This document shows positions 55,552 through 64,000 of a stretch of 64,000 nucleotides of DNA, one piece after another. Both the position numbers and the translations under genes were made by a program. The stretch spans positions 40,692 through 104,691 of the forward strand of contig JALHRQ010000003.1 in assembly GCA_022841375.1 (NCBI GenBank), read 5' to 3'. A model generated the notes under the pieces. That model ran no database searches. It was not told the DNA's origin and saw only the letters and a program-made list of their open reading frames with translations. This DNA is from Burkholderiales bacterium. Its GTDB lineage: Bacteria > Pseudomonadota > Gammaproteobacteria > Burkholderiales > SG8-41. Within the stretch, counting starts at the first letter, position 1, and every line of letters starts with the position of its first letter.

Positions 55552-56475
55552 TTAAGTGTTCTCGACTTTGCCGAGCAATAAATATTCCATCAGCGCCTTT
55601 TGCGCATGCAGCCGGTTCTCAGCCTCATCCCACACCACGCTGTGCGGGCCGTCGATGACTTCGGCAGTGACTTCTTCGCCGCGGTGCGCGGGCAGGCAGT
55701 GCATGAACAGTGAACTCTTGCCGGCGGCGCGCATCATGTCGGCATCCACGCACCAGTCCTCGAAGTCGCGTTTGCGTTCCTCGTTTTCGGCTTCGAAGCC
55801 CATGCTGGTCCACACATCGGTTGTGACCAGGTCGGCACCGCGCACGGCGTCCATCGGATCTTTGAATTCTTCGTAGTGGTCGGTGCCGTAGAGTCCCGCC
55901 CGTTCGGGTTCGACTTCGTAACCGGGCGGCGTCGACACGTGGACATTGAAGCCCAGCACTTCGGCGGCCTGCAGCCAGGTGTTGCAGACGTTGTTGGAGT
56001 CGCCGATCCACGCCACGGTCTTGCCGCGGATGTCGCCGCAGTGTTCGATGAAAGTGAAAATGTCGGCGAGGATCTGGCAGGGATGATATTCGTTGGTCAG
56101 ACCATTGATTACCGGCACGCGCGAGTGCGCGGCGAAACGATCAAGGATCGTCTGCTCGAAGGTGCGGATCATCACGATGTCGACCATGCGCGTGATCACG
56201 CGCGCGACGTCCTCGATCGGCTCGCCTCTGCTCAACTGGGTCTGGCTGGAGGTGAGGTTGATCACCGTGCCGCCCATCTGCAGCATGCCGGCTTCGAACG
56301 AGACGCGGGTACGCGTCGAGTTTTTTTCAAAGATCATCGCCAGCGTGCGGTCGTGCAGCGGCAGATAAGGCTCGTAGCGTTTGAAGCGGTCCTTGATCCA
56401 GCGCGCACGCTCGAACACGTGATCGTATTCCGCGGCGGTAAAATCCTTGAACTGGAGGTAGTGGCGCAGTTGCAT
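55552..56475 (-). CDS. argF: Ornithine carbamoyltransferase
   Basis: ...FEKNSTRTRVSFE..., ...HCLPAHRGEEV... Confidence 0.95.
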   Translation of the reverse strand: MQLRHYLQFKDFTAAEYDHVFERARWIKDRFKRYEPYLPLHDRTLAMIFEKNSTRTRVSFEAGMLQMGGTVINLTSSQTQLSRGEPIEDVARVITRMVDIVMIRTFEQTILDRFAAHSRVPVINGLTNEYHPCQILADIFTFIEHCGDIRGKTVAWIGDSNNVCNTWLQAAEVLGFNVHVSTPPGYEVEPERAGLYGTDHYEEFKDPMDAVRGADLVTTDVWTSMGFEAENEERKRDFEDWCVDADMMRAAGKSSLFMHCLPAHRGEEVTAEVIDGPHSVVWDEAENRLHAQKALMEYLLLGKVENT

Positions 56476-56504
56476 GGTGTCTCGCGGCGCGGCAGGCCCC
56501 GTGT

Positions 56505-57695
56505 TCAGGCTGCCGCAGAGGCGGTTTTCATCAGGAATGAACGGATCATCGGCGCCAGTTCGCTGGTCAGTTGGTCGGCTTCCGGCGCAGACATCACCAG
56601 CGGCGGCACCAGGCGCACGACGTTGTCGGCGGTGACGTTGATCAGCAGACCGGCTTCAAGCGCGGTTTTCACCAGGTCGCCGCAGGGACGGTCGAGTTCA
56701 ATGCCGATCATCATGCCCTTGCCGCGGATCTCGCGGACGCCTGGCGTTTCGGCCAGCGCACGCTCCAGGCTGGCGCGGATGCGGGCGCCGATATCGGTGG
56801 CGTTCCGGCACAGGTCTTCGGATTCGATGATGTCCAGGGTGGCGAGCGCAGCGGTGCAGGCCAGCGGGTTGCCGCCGAAGGTTGAGCCGTGGCTGCCCGG
56901 TTGGAACAGCGTAGCCGCTTCGCCGCGTGCAACGCAGGCACCGACCGGCACGCCGCCGCCGAGTCCCTTGGCTAGGCTAATCACGTCCGGCATTACGCCG
57001 TAATGCTGGAAAGCGAACATCTTGCCGGTGCGCCCCATTCCGGTCTGCACTTCGTCGAGCATCAGCAGCCAGCCGTGGGCGTCGCAGATTTCACGCAGGC
57101 CCTTCAGGTAATCGTCGCTGCAGACGCTGACGCCGCCTTCACCCTGCACCAGTTCGGCCAGTATGGCGATCACGTTACGGTTGGAATCGGCGACACGGCG
57201 TACGGCCTCAAGATCGTTGAAAGGTACACGTACGAATCCGGTCATCAGCGGCTCGAATCCGGCCTGCACCTTGCGGCTGCCGGTGGCTGACAGTGTTGCC
57301 ATGGTGCGGCCGTGGAAGGATTTTTCGAGCACCACCACCGCGGGATTTTCGACGCCTTTCTTGTGGCCGTAGTAGCGCGCGAGCTTGATCGCGGCCTCGT
57401 TGGCTTCCGCGCCGGAATTGCAGAAAAACACCTTGTCCATGCCGGAGACTCCGGCAATGCGGTCGGCGAGTTTTTCCTGTGCTGCGATCTGGTAAATGTT
57501 AGAGGTGTGGATCAGCTTGCCGATCTGCTCGCGTAGCGCGGCCACCAGCTTCGGATGGCTGTGGCCGACCGCATTGACGGCGACGCCGGCGAGTGCGTCG
57601 AGGTAACGTTTGCCCTGTGTGTCCCACAGCCAGACACCTTCGCCGCGCTCGAAGGCGACGGGCAGGCGACCGTAGGTGTTCATTACGTGTGACAT
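56505..57695 (-). CDS. argD: Acetylornithine aminotransferase
   Basis: MSHVMNTYGRLPVAFERGEGVWLWD...; class-III aminotransferase; GGAGG precedes ATG 57695. Confidence 0.92.
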   Translation of the reverse strand: MSHVMNTYGRLPVAFERGEGVWLWDTQGKRYLDALAGVAVNAVGHSHPKLVAALREQIGKLIHTSNIYQIAAQEKLADRIAGVSGMDKVFFCNSGAEANEAAIKLARYYGHKKGVENPAVVVLEKSFHGRTMATLSATGSRKVQAGFEPLMTGFVRVPFNDLEAVRRVADSNRNVIAILAELVQGEGGVSVCSDDYLKGLREICDAHGWLLMLDEVQTGMGRTGKMFAFQHYGVMPDVISLAKGLGGGVPVGACVARGEAATLFQPGSHGSTFGGNPLACTAALATLDIIESEDLCRNATDIGARIRASLERALAETPGVREIRGKGMMIGIELDRPCGDLVKTALEAGLLINVTADNVVRLVPPLVMSAPEADQLTSELAPMIRSFLMKTASAAA

Positions 57696-57878
57696 GGTCC
57701 GTCGACCTCCACAAAAAAACACGGCGGCCTGTTGCCGCCGGAACAGCTATTTTCGTTCAACAATGATTTGATTTGCAAGCTTAATTTCCCTCTGTTCCGC
57801 GAGGGAAATGGAGGCCCTTCTGTCAGACTTTTTGCCTTCAAAATACACAGGACGCCAGCTTGTTCGACGGCGCGCCCG

Positions 57879-58259
57879 AAATGGTCAATCATTACTGAAA
57901 GCGGCGAAACGTTTCGTCTCAGCGGCTGAGTCGAACGTTTCAGCGGCATGCTTTCGGTATTCAGCGATGACAGCTACATTGCCTATTCGCCCTTCCTCAA
58001 GCCGATCATGGGCGGTGGAGTGCGCTGCCTGGCGATGGACCGGGAACTCGAGCGTCGGGATCCGCCGGCCTATGCATTCCTGCTGCAGTTTGCCCGCGAC
58101 AACCAGCTGAAAATGAGGCCGGTCCGCAAGGCGAGGCGTCCGGAAGATCAGGCGACTGATGCCGGGGTGGTGGAAGAAGGTGCAAAGCCCCATCCGGAAA
58201 ATCAGGGCGTGCGCCCCCGCCACTATCAGCCCGCCTTCAATCGGCAGGCCGAAAACTGA
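57879..58259 (+). pseudogene. DUF3579-like gene, apparently disrupted (no in-frame start near the N-terminus; in-frame TGA at 57927-57929)
   Basis: Frame reads KWSIITESGETFRLSG-TGA-VERFSGMLSVFSDDSYIAYSPFLKPIMGGGVRCLAMDRELERRDPPAYAFLLQFARDNQLKM... This matches the recalled DUF3579 pattern (..FRPSDWAERL..YSPY..GVKCV..FA.DN.L), with the TGA where homologues have Trp. The nearby ATG at 57881 is offset by 1 nt (ATG-G-TCA). Confidence 0.5.
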
Positions 58260-58262
58260 TGA

Positions 58263-58526
58263 TTACGCCATCGCCTTGACGGCGGCTGACAGGCGGCTCT
58301 TGTAACGGGACGCCGTGTTTTTGTGCATGATTTTCTTGTCGGCGATCGAGTCGATCTTGCTTACCGACTGCTGAAAAACGACTCTGGCGGCTGCCTTGTC
58401 GCCGGCGGCGATCGCTTTGCGTACGTCCTTGATGGCAGTACGCAATTCAGAGCGTTGGGCACCATTGTGGGCGCGACGCACGACGGCTTGGCGTGCTGCT
58501 TTTTTGGCTGAAGCGATATTGGCCAT
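58263..58526 (-). CDS. rpsT: 30S ribosomal protein S20
   Basis: [21 protein letters not shown]..., 87 aa. Confidence 0.95.
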   Translation of the reverse strand: MANIASAKKAARQAVVRRAHNGAQRSELRTAIKDVRKAIAAGDKAAARVVFQQSVSKIDSIADKKIMHKNTASRYKSRLSAAVKAMA

Positions 58527-58631
58527 GTAAACTCCGGATTTCGTTCGGAAAAAGGGCGTAATCATAAAGAAAATCAGCCTTCTCCGCAAGGTACGTGTTA
58601 TCCGCCCCCAGTCTGATCGTTTCCAGGAAAC

Positions 58632-60170
58632 ATGAATTTACTCAATAGCTTAGCTACAGTCAGCAGCATGACGCTGATATCCCGCGTGTTGGGTTTTGTG
58701 CGCGATGCGATCATTGCCCGGGTTTTCGGGGCCGGCCTCGCCACCGACGCTTTTTTTGTCGCCTTCAAGATTCCCAATCTGTTGCGCCGGCTTTTTGCCG
58801 AGGGTGCGTTCTCGCAGGCCTTCGTGCCGATACTCGCCGAATACAAGAACCAGCGCGGCGCTGCTGCAACACGGACGTTGATCGACCATGTGTCCGGTGT
58901 GCTCGGCATCGCGTTGTTGCTGGTCACTGCAGCAGGCGTGCTGGGTGCGCCACTGATCATCGCGATCAGTGCCCCGGGCTTTACGGCTCATCCGGAAAAA
59001 TTTGCGCTGACTGTGGATCTGTTGCGCATCACCTTTCCCTACATCGTATTCATCGCGTTGACCGCGCTGGCGGGCGGGATCCTCAACACCTGGAGCCGTT
59101 TTGCGGTTCCGGCGTTCACACCGGTGCTGCTCAACCTGTCGTTCATCGGCTTCGCATTGCTGGCGGCGCCGTGGTTTGATCCGCCGGTCATGGCCTTGGC
59201 CTGGGCGGTGTTTGTCGGCGGCGCGCTGCAAATTGCCTTTCAGCTGCCGTTCCTGGCGCGCATCGGCATGCTGCCGCGACCGCGACTGAACCTGCGCGAC
59301 GAGGGCGTGCGTCGCGTGCTGCGGCAGATGGGGCCCGCGCTGTTCGGGGTGTCGGTCGGGCAGATCAGCCTGCTGATCAACAATGTTTTTGCATCGTTCC
59401 TGATTTCCGGCAGCGTGACCTGGCTGTATTTTGCTGACCGGCTGATGGAGTTTCCTGCAGGACTGCTCGGCGTCGCGCTGGGCACGGTGTTGCTGCCCAG
59501 TCTTGCGCGCAGCCACGCCGAAAAGACGACTCAGGCGTATTCGGCGCTGCTGGACTGGGGGCTGCGCTTGACCTTGCTGCTCGCGGTGCCTGCGGCTGCC
59601 GCGCTGGCATTGCTCGCGGTGCCGCTGGTGACCACACTGTTTCACTATGGCGCGTTTACCGGGACGGATGTCATCAACACCCGCGATGCGGTGATCGCCT
59701 ATTCCATCGGCTTGGTCGGCCTGATCGCGGTGAAAGTGCTGGCGCCCGGATTTTATGCGCGGCAGGACATCCGCACGCCGGTGAAAATCGCGGTGATTTC
59801 GCTGGTGGTGACGCAGTTGCTGAATCTCGTGCTGGTGTGGGAGTTACGCCATGCCGGACTGGCGCTGTCGATCAGCATCGGCGCCTGCCTCAATGCCGGC
59901 CTGTTGTTGCGCGGCCTGCGCCGGCATGGGATTTATCAGCCGCAGCCGGGGTGGGGCGGGTTTTTGCTCAAGCTGACGCTGGCGTTGTACGTAATGGGGG
60001 TGGTGTTGTGGGTGCTTTGCGGCGACGTGCAAAGCTGGCTGTCTGCGGGCGCGCTGGAACGTGTTGCACGGCTTGCGTTGCTGGTCGTTGCGGGTATGGC
60101 GGCCTACTTCGGCACCTTATGGTTGTCCGGGTTCCGGCTGCGCGACTTCAATCGCCGCGGCAGCGAATAG
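58632..60170 (+). CDS. murJ: Lipid II flippase MurJ
   Basis: [35 protein letters not shown]...; 512 aa, polytopic. Confidence 0.95.
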   Translation: MNLLNSLATVSSMTLISRVLGFVRDAIIARVFGAGLATDAFFVAFKIPNLLRRLFAEGAFSQAFVPILAEYKNQRGAAATRTLIDHVSGVLGIALLLVTAAGVLGAPLIIAISAPGFTAHPEKFALTVDLLRITFPYIVFIALTALAGGILNTWSRFAVPAFTPVLLNLSFIGFALLAAPWFDPPVMALAWAVFVGGALQIAFQLPFLARIGMLPRPRLNLRDEGVRRVLRQMGPALFGVSVGQISLLINNVFASFLISGSVTWLYFADRLMEFPAGLLGVALGTVLLPSLARSHAEKTTQAYSALLDWGLRLTLLLAVPAAAALALLAVPLVTTLFHYGAFTGTDVINTRDAVIAYSIGLVGLIAVKVLAPGFYARQDIRTPVKIAVISLVVTQLLNLVLVWELRHAGLALSISIGACLNAGLLLRGLRRHGIYQPQPGWGGFLLKLTLALYVMGVVLWVLCGDVQSWLSAGALERVARLALLVVAGMAAYFGTLWLSGFRLRDFNRRGSE

Positions 60171-60182
60171 GAAATTGCCGCA

Positions 60183-61028
60183 TCAGCGCTGCATGATGCG
60201 ACGCGAAACATAGGACAGCAGATCGACCATCGCGACCAGCAGGATCATCGCGATCAGGATCGAACTGGTTTCGTTCATGTGGAAAAGTCCCATATGAAAG
60301 GCCAGCATCTGTCCGAGCCCGCCGCCGCCGACCACGCCGAGCACCGCTGCCGCGCGGATGTTGTTTTCCCAGCGATACAGCGTGTACGACAACAGTTGCG
60401 GCAGCACCTGTACGAAAGTGGCGTAGACAAAAACCCGGGTTGGCGCTACGCCGCGCACGCGCAGTGCAAATGCCGGACCCTGCGGCGCGTTTTCGATGGC
60501 CTCCGCAAACAACCGTCCCAGCACACCCGAGGTGTGCAGCGCCAGCGCCAGTGTGCCGGCGAAGGGCCCCAGCCCCGCCGATATGATCAGCAGTGCAGCC
60601 CAAACCAGTTCCGGAATGGCGCGCAATCCGTTGAGCAGCAGTCTCGTCGGTGCGCGCCAGTAGGCGGGATCGCCGGAATGCGAACGGCTTGCCGGGAGCG
60701 CTAGCGCGAGACCCGCAACCGCGGCGAGCAGTGTGCCCAGTGCCGACATCGCGATGGTTTCGAGACTGGCCCCCGCCAGCTTCAGCAGAAAGGCCGGATC
60801 TGTTGAGGGCGTCAGCAGTTCGGCCATGAAACGGCCCATTTTGCGCAGCGCATCGGCGGACAGGAATTTCGCCCATTGCAGATCCAGTGACCAGAAGCTT
60901 GCAATGGTCAGCGCGGCCAGTCCGAGCATGAACCAGCAGGCGGCGCAGCGCGCATCAAAAAGTTTCGGCGGCAGGCGGTAGGTCTCGTTTGCCGCATCCT
61001 TGGACGACTTCGGTGAGAGGTTGCTCAT
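60183..61028 (-). CDS. phnE: Phosphonate ABC transporter permease PhnE
   Basis: 281 aa, polytopic, PhnE-type; same operon as phnC/phnD. Confidence 0.85.
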   Translation of the reverse strand: MSNLSPKSSKDAANETYRLPPKLFDARCAACWFMLGLAALTIASFWSLDLQWAKFLSADALRKMGRFMAELLTPSTDPAFLLKLAGASLETIAMSALGTLLAAVAGLALALPASRSHSGDPAYWRAPTRLLLNGLRAIPELVWAALLIISAGLGPFAGTLALALHTSGVLGRLFAEAIENAPQGPAFALRVRGVAPTRVFVYATFVQVLPQLLSYTLYRWENNIRAAAVLGVVGGGGLGQMLAFHMGLFHMNETSSILIAMILLVAMVDLLSYVSRRIMQR

Positions 61029-61059
61029 GCCGTCGTCTTCATTCCATTGCTCGTATAGC

Positions 61060-61971
61060 TCATGCCAGCATCTTTCTCAGCCACGCGCTGGCCTGGTCAG
61101 CGAGCGCCACCAGCAGCATGAAAGCGATGAGCATGGTCGCAACTTCCGCGCCCAGGAACATTTTCATCGAATTGTCCATCTGCTGCCCGAGGCCGCCGGC
61201 GCCGACAAAGCCGAGTACTGCCGAGGAGCGAATGGCGCATTCCCAGCGATACACCGTATAACTCGTCAGTTCCGGCGCGCTTTGCGGCAGCAGGCCGTAG
61301 AAAAAGGCCTGCAGGCGACCGGCGCCATTGCGCAGCAGCGCATGCGTGGCGTGTGTTTCGTCGCTTTCGAGGATTTCGCCATAAACCTTTCCGAGCATGC
61401 CGCCATAAGTCAGCGCGATGGCGAGCACGCCCGCAGTCGGGCCCAGTCCGACCACGCGCACAAACACCAGTGCCCATACCAGTTCGGGCACGCTGCGCAG
61501 CACGATCAGCAGCCAGCGGATGGCCTGGCGCAGGACAAAGGGCAATGCGTGCATGCGTCCCGACAACGCCGAGATCGAAATCGCACTGGTGGAAATGAAG
61601 GTCAGCGGGATGGCAATGATCAGGGCCAGCACCATGCCGACCGTGGCGATGGCGACGGTGCGCCAGGCCTCGCGCATCACCATCAGCAGGAATTCGGCTT
61701 CTATTTTGGGCGGGAAAAAATCGCCGATGAAGCGTTTCGTGGACTTGATGGTTGCAGGCTCGAACAGTGTCCATGGCTTGAATTCGGTAATAACCAGCGC
61801 CGGGGCGAGCAGCACTGCGGCCGCAAGCAGCCAGAACACGCGCGTGATCCAGGCGGGATCGCGCAGTTGCGGTGGCACGATGGTGGCGGAGACTGGATGG
61901 CTCAAGGGCGTGGTGCGGCTAGCGGCAATACAAAGGGGCCGGGTGCGGATTTTCCGGCGCTTTTTCTTCAC
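61060..61971 (-). CDS. phnE: Phosphonate ABC transporter permease PhnE (second copy)
   Basis: Polytopic PhnE-type. The longest ORF overlaps phnC by 53 nt; a TTG at 61905 (13 nt after the phnC stop) is an alternative start. Confidence 0.8.
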   Translation of the reverse strand: MKKKRRKIRTRPLCIAASRTTPLSHPVSATIVPPQLRDPAWITRVFWLLAAAVLLAPALVITEFKPWTLFEPATIKSTKRFIGDFFPPKIEAEFLLMVMREAWRTVAIATVGMVLALIIAIPLTFISTSAISISALSGRMHALPFVLRQAIRWLLIVLRSVPELVWALVFVRVVGLGPTAGVLAIALTYGGMLGKVYGEILESDETHATHALLRNGAGRLQAFFYGLLPQSAPELTSYTVYRWECAIRSSAVLGFVGAGGLGQQMDNSMKMFLGAEVATMLIAFMLLVALADQASAWLRKMLA

Positions 61972-62749
61972 CCGTCATCGGCGCGCCGAGCAATTCCTCC
62001 TCATGCTGGGCGTAAAGTGCGGCCAGCCGCTCGTGCGTGACTTCCGCGGCCGGCAGGTCAAACTGCAGTGCGCCGTCGCGCAAGCCGATGATTCGCTGAA
62101 AGCGTTTTGCAACATCGACCTGGTGCAGCGAGGTGATCAGCGTTGCGCCCTGTTCGCTCGCCGACTGGGTCAGCGTGTCGATGGCTTGCGCCGCGCGCGA
62201 GGGATCGAGCGACGACAGCGGTTCGTCGACAAGCCACAGCGAGGCGCTGGAAACCAGGGCGCGCGCCAGGCCGACGCGCTGGCGCTCGCCACCCGAGAGC
62301 CGGTCGACGCGCTCCCACAGTTTGCCGGCGAGATCGAATTTTTCCAGTGCGGCCTGCGCTTCCGGGATATGGGTCGGGTAGAACAGCGAACGCAGGCTGG
62401 CGAGAAGCGATTGCTGCGGCAACCGGCCGGCCAATACCGCGGTGATGACCCGTTGCCGGGGCGGCAAAGGCGGCACCTGCGGCCCCAGGAACAATCTGCC
62501 GCGAAGTTTCTGCAATTGCGACACCGGCAGTTTCCACGGGTCGACGCTGTCAAGTTCAAGGTGGCCTGCCGTCGGCTTCAGCGCGCACGCCAGTGCATGA
62601 AGCAATGTGGTCTTGCCGGCCCCGGAGGGGCCGATCACGGCCAATTGTTCGCCGGCTGCAACGGTGAGCGTCAGCGGCTTGAGGGCCGGTATGCTGTCGC
62701 TTGCGGCGGCCGGATGGCGCGCCGCAAGCCCTTCAATGGCAATACGCAT
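61919..62749 (-). CDS. phnC: Phosphonate ABC transporter ATP-binding protein PhnC
   Basis: Walker A GPSGAGKTTLL, signature LSGGERQRVGLARAL, Walker B LWLVDEP. Confidence 0.9.
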   Translation of the reverse strand: MRIAIEGLAARHPAAASDSIPALKPLTLTVAAGEQLAVIGPSGAGKTTLLHALACALKPTAGHLELDSVDPWKLPVSQLQKLRGRLFLGPQVPPLPPRQRVITAVLAGRLPQQSLLASLRSLFYPTHIPEAQAALEKFDLAGKLWERVDRLSGGERQRVGLARALVSSASLWLVDEPLSSLDPSRAAQAIDTLTQSASEQGATLITSLHQVDVAKRFQRIIGLRDGALQFDLPAAEVTHERLAALYAQHEEELLGAPMTGEEKAPENPHPAPLYCR

Positions 62750-62752
62750 GGA

Positions 62753-63658
62753 TTATTTGATCAGACCCGCGCTGCGGCCCGCGCTCTCAAGATCCTTGTA
62801 ATTCTCGGGTTTGGTGGCAATGTATTTGGTCGCGCGGTTCAGGGTCAGGATTTCCTTGCCCTCGGGCGTTGCCATCGACAAGTCAAGCAGTGCTTTGGTG
62901 ATGCGTTCACGCAGGGCAGCAGGCATATCCGCATGTACCGACCAGTTGTAATTGAAATACGGCGGTGTGGTGAAGAACACGTTCACTTTCGTCGTGTCGA
63001 CTTTTTTCTCGTCGACGAATTTGCGCCATACGGTAATGTCGAGCGCAGCGGCATCAACACGGCCACCCACGACAGATGCGATGGTGGCGTCGTGTGCGCC
63101 GGAATAGGCGACACGCTTGAAATCCTTGTCCGGATCGATTTTGGCCTGCAGCAGGAAGCTGCGCGGCATCAGGTGGCCCGAGGTGCTTGATTGCGAGCCA
63201 AAGCTGACCTGCTTGCCCTTCAGATCGGCAAGCGTCTTGATTCCGGAATCCGTCTGAGTGATGAATACGGAGCGGAACTGGGTGTCTTCCTCGCGCTGAG
63301 CGATCGGCACGATTTTTCCGCCGGAACGCAGTTGCGCCTGCACGTGGGTGAAGCCGCCGAACCAGACCAGGTCAACCTGCTTGTTGACCAGTGCTTCGAC
63401 CGCCGCGGGATAGTCATTGACGGGGGTGAATTCGACTTTCACACCGACGGTGCGCTCGAGGTAGCGGGTCAGCGGTCCGAACTTGCGGATCTGCTCGGTT
63501 GCGGCTTCTTCGGGAATTGTGGTGACTTTAAGCGTTTGCTGCGCGAATGCCGGAGCCGATGCGAACAATGCAAAGCTGGCGGCTGCAACAATGCTGCGTA
63601 AGAACGTTGTAATGGCGGGACGTGATTGAGGGGAGGATTGCTGGGAAGCGCGTCTCAT
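62753..63658 (-). CDS. phnD: Phosphate/phosphite/phosphonate ABC transporter substrate-binding protein PhnD
   Basis: Signal peptide, then LKVTTIPEEAATEQIRKFGPLTRYLE...VDLVWFGGFTHV...; start at ATG 63658. Confidence 0.88.
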   Translation of the reverse strand: MRRASQQSSPQSRPAITTFLRSIVAAASFALFASAPAFAQQTLKVTTIPEEAATEQIRKFGPLTRYLERTVGVKVEFTPVNDYPAAVEALVNKQVDLVWFGGFTHVQAQLRSGGKIVPIAQREEDTQFRSVFITQTDSGIKTLADLKGKQVSFGSQSSTSGHLMPRSFLLQAKIDPDKDFKRVAYSGAHDATIASVVGGRVDAAALDITVWRKFVDEKKVDTTKVNVFFTTPPYFNYNWSVHADMPAALRERITKALLDLSMATPEGKEILTLNRATKYIATKPENYKDLESAGRSAGLIK

Positions 63659-63959
63659 GGCTTTTTTTATCCTTTCAGCGGATGGGGTGGGGATTTGCGG
63701 TGCCGGCCTGGGTGGCGTGTAGTTGAGCGGCATATCCGATCACGACGCGGCGGGTGCGGGACGGGCTCAGATCGATCATGGTTTACACCTTGAGAGGGTT
63801 GTTGAATTTGCATCTGCGCCCATAGTCGCAGATGCAACGTTACAAACTACCGCAGCAGCGGCGTAATTGCAAAGATGCATGGCGCTGCTTTGACAGTGCG
63901 GAGACTTACCCGCCCGTCAGGTTATCGCTTGAACGTCAAAGCTTCCGGGTATCGGGCAT

Positions 63960-64000
63960 TTAATCGATCTTGGCGCCCGATGCTTTGACGACTTTTGCCC
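63960..64000 (-). CDS. 3' end of another probable Bug/TctC-family gene (13 codons visible)
   Basis: Minus-strand reading gives ...AKVVKASGAKID-stop, resembling the C-termini of the two Bug proteins in this window (YAKIIKAAGIKPQ; WGRVIREQGITAN). Confidence 0.35.
   Translation of the reverse strand, partial: AKVVKASGAKID

Noticed and set aside
57927-57929. Whether the in-frame TGA in the DUF3579-like gene encodes selenocysteine.
   Set aside because: The aligned residue in recalled homologues is Trp, not Cys. There is no redox motif around it and no convincing downstream hairpin at SECIS spacing. The gene also lacks an in-frame start. A pseudogene, a sequencing error or leaky UGA fits better.
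1-64000. Mobile elements, prophage, CRISPR arrays, rRNA operons or a tRNA-flanked genomic island (the 20-nt A/T motif copies at 2.6 kb and 45.7 kb are direct repeats).
   Set aside because: I saw no integrase, transposase or phage-like ORFs and no spacer-repeat arrays. The interval between the direct copies is full of core housekeeping genes (clpA, mnmA, dxs). The only tRNA is selC, which has no adjacent integrase.

Overview
GC-rich (about 60-65% by eye) chromosomal segment that looks betaproteobacterial: several Bug/TctC-type binding proteins, a BPH-like Ntn hydrolase, and a DUF3579-rpsT-murJ neighbourhood. It is densely coding, with about 65 genes. I found no rRNA, CRISPR array, transposase or integrase. 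Layout: (1) 1-10.96 kb, a LysR-linked organic-acid catabolic island with four MmgE/PrpD paralogues, a TcuA-like flavoprotein, a Bug binding protein, an amidohydrolase and an SDR. (2) 11.0-18.9 kb, a selenocysteine island: tRNA-Sec, yaeQ, a thioredoxin-reductase-like flavoprotein, selB, selA, a Bug protein, a YibF-like GST, and a selenoprotein gene the ORF track misses. (3) 18.9-28.6 kb, housekeeping genes (mnmA, NUDIX, rluE, aceB, cspA, clpSA), two unlisted small secreted Lys-rich proteins and a 458-aa orphan. (4) 28.8-33 kb, sulfur genes (fccAB, rhodanese) and a Rieske oxygenase. (5) 33.1-41.8 kb, an eight-gene same-strand cluster (Rieske gene possibly a ninth) built around an ArsS-type radical-SAM protein. 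(6) 42-64 kb, xseB-ispA-dxs-folE-ribBA, chrBA, yajQ, a BPH-like protein, ppnP, argGFD, a disrupted DUF3579 gene, rpsT, murJ and phnEECD. Headline finding: the ORF at 17407-18024 is the tail of a 256-codon gene (17407-18177) with an in-frame TGA at the first position of a U-x-x-C redox motif in a complete glutaredoxin fold, fused to a DinB-like domain. A hairpin follows 15 nt after the TGA, and the Sec-decoding operon lies 1.2 kb away. All family calls come from my own reading of the translations; no searches were run.
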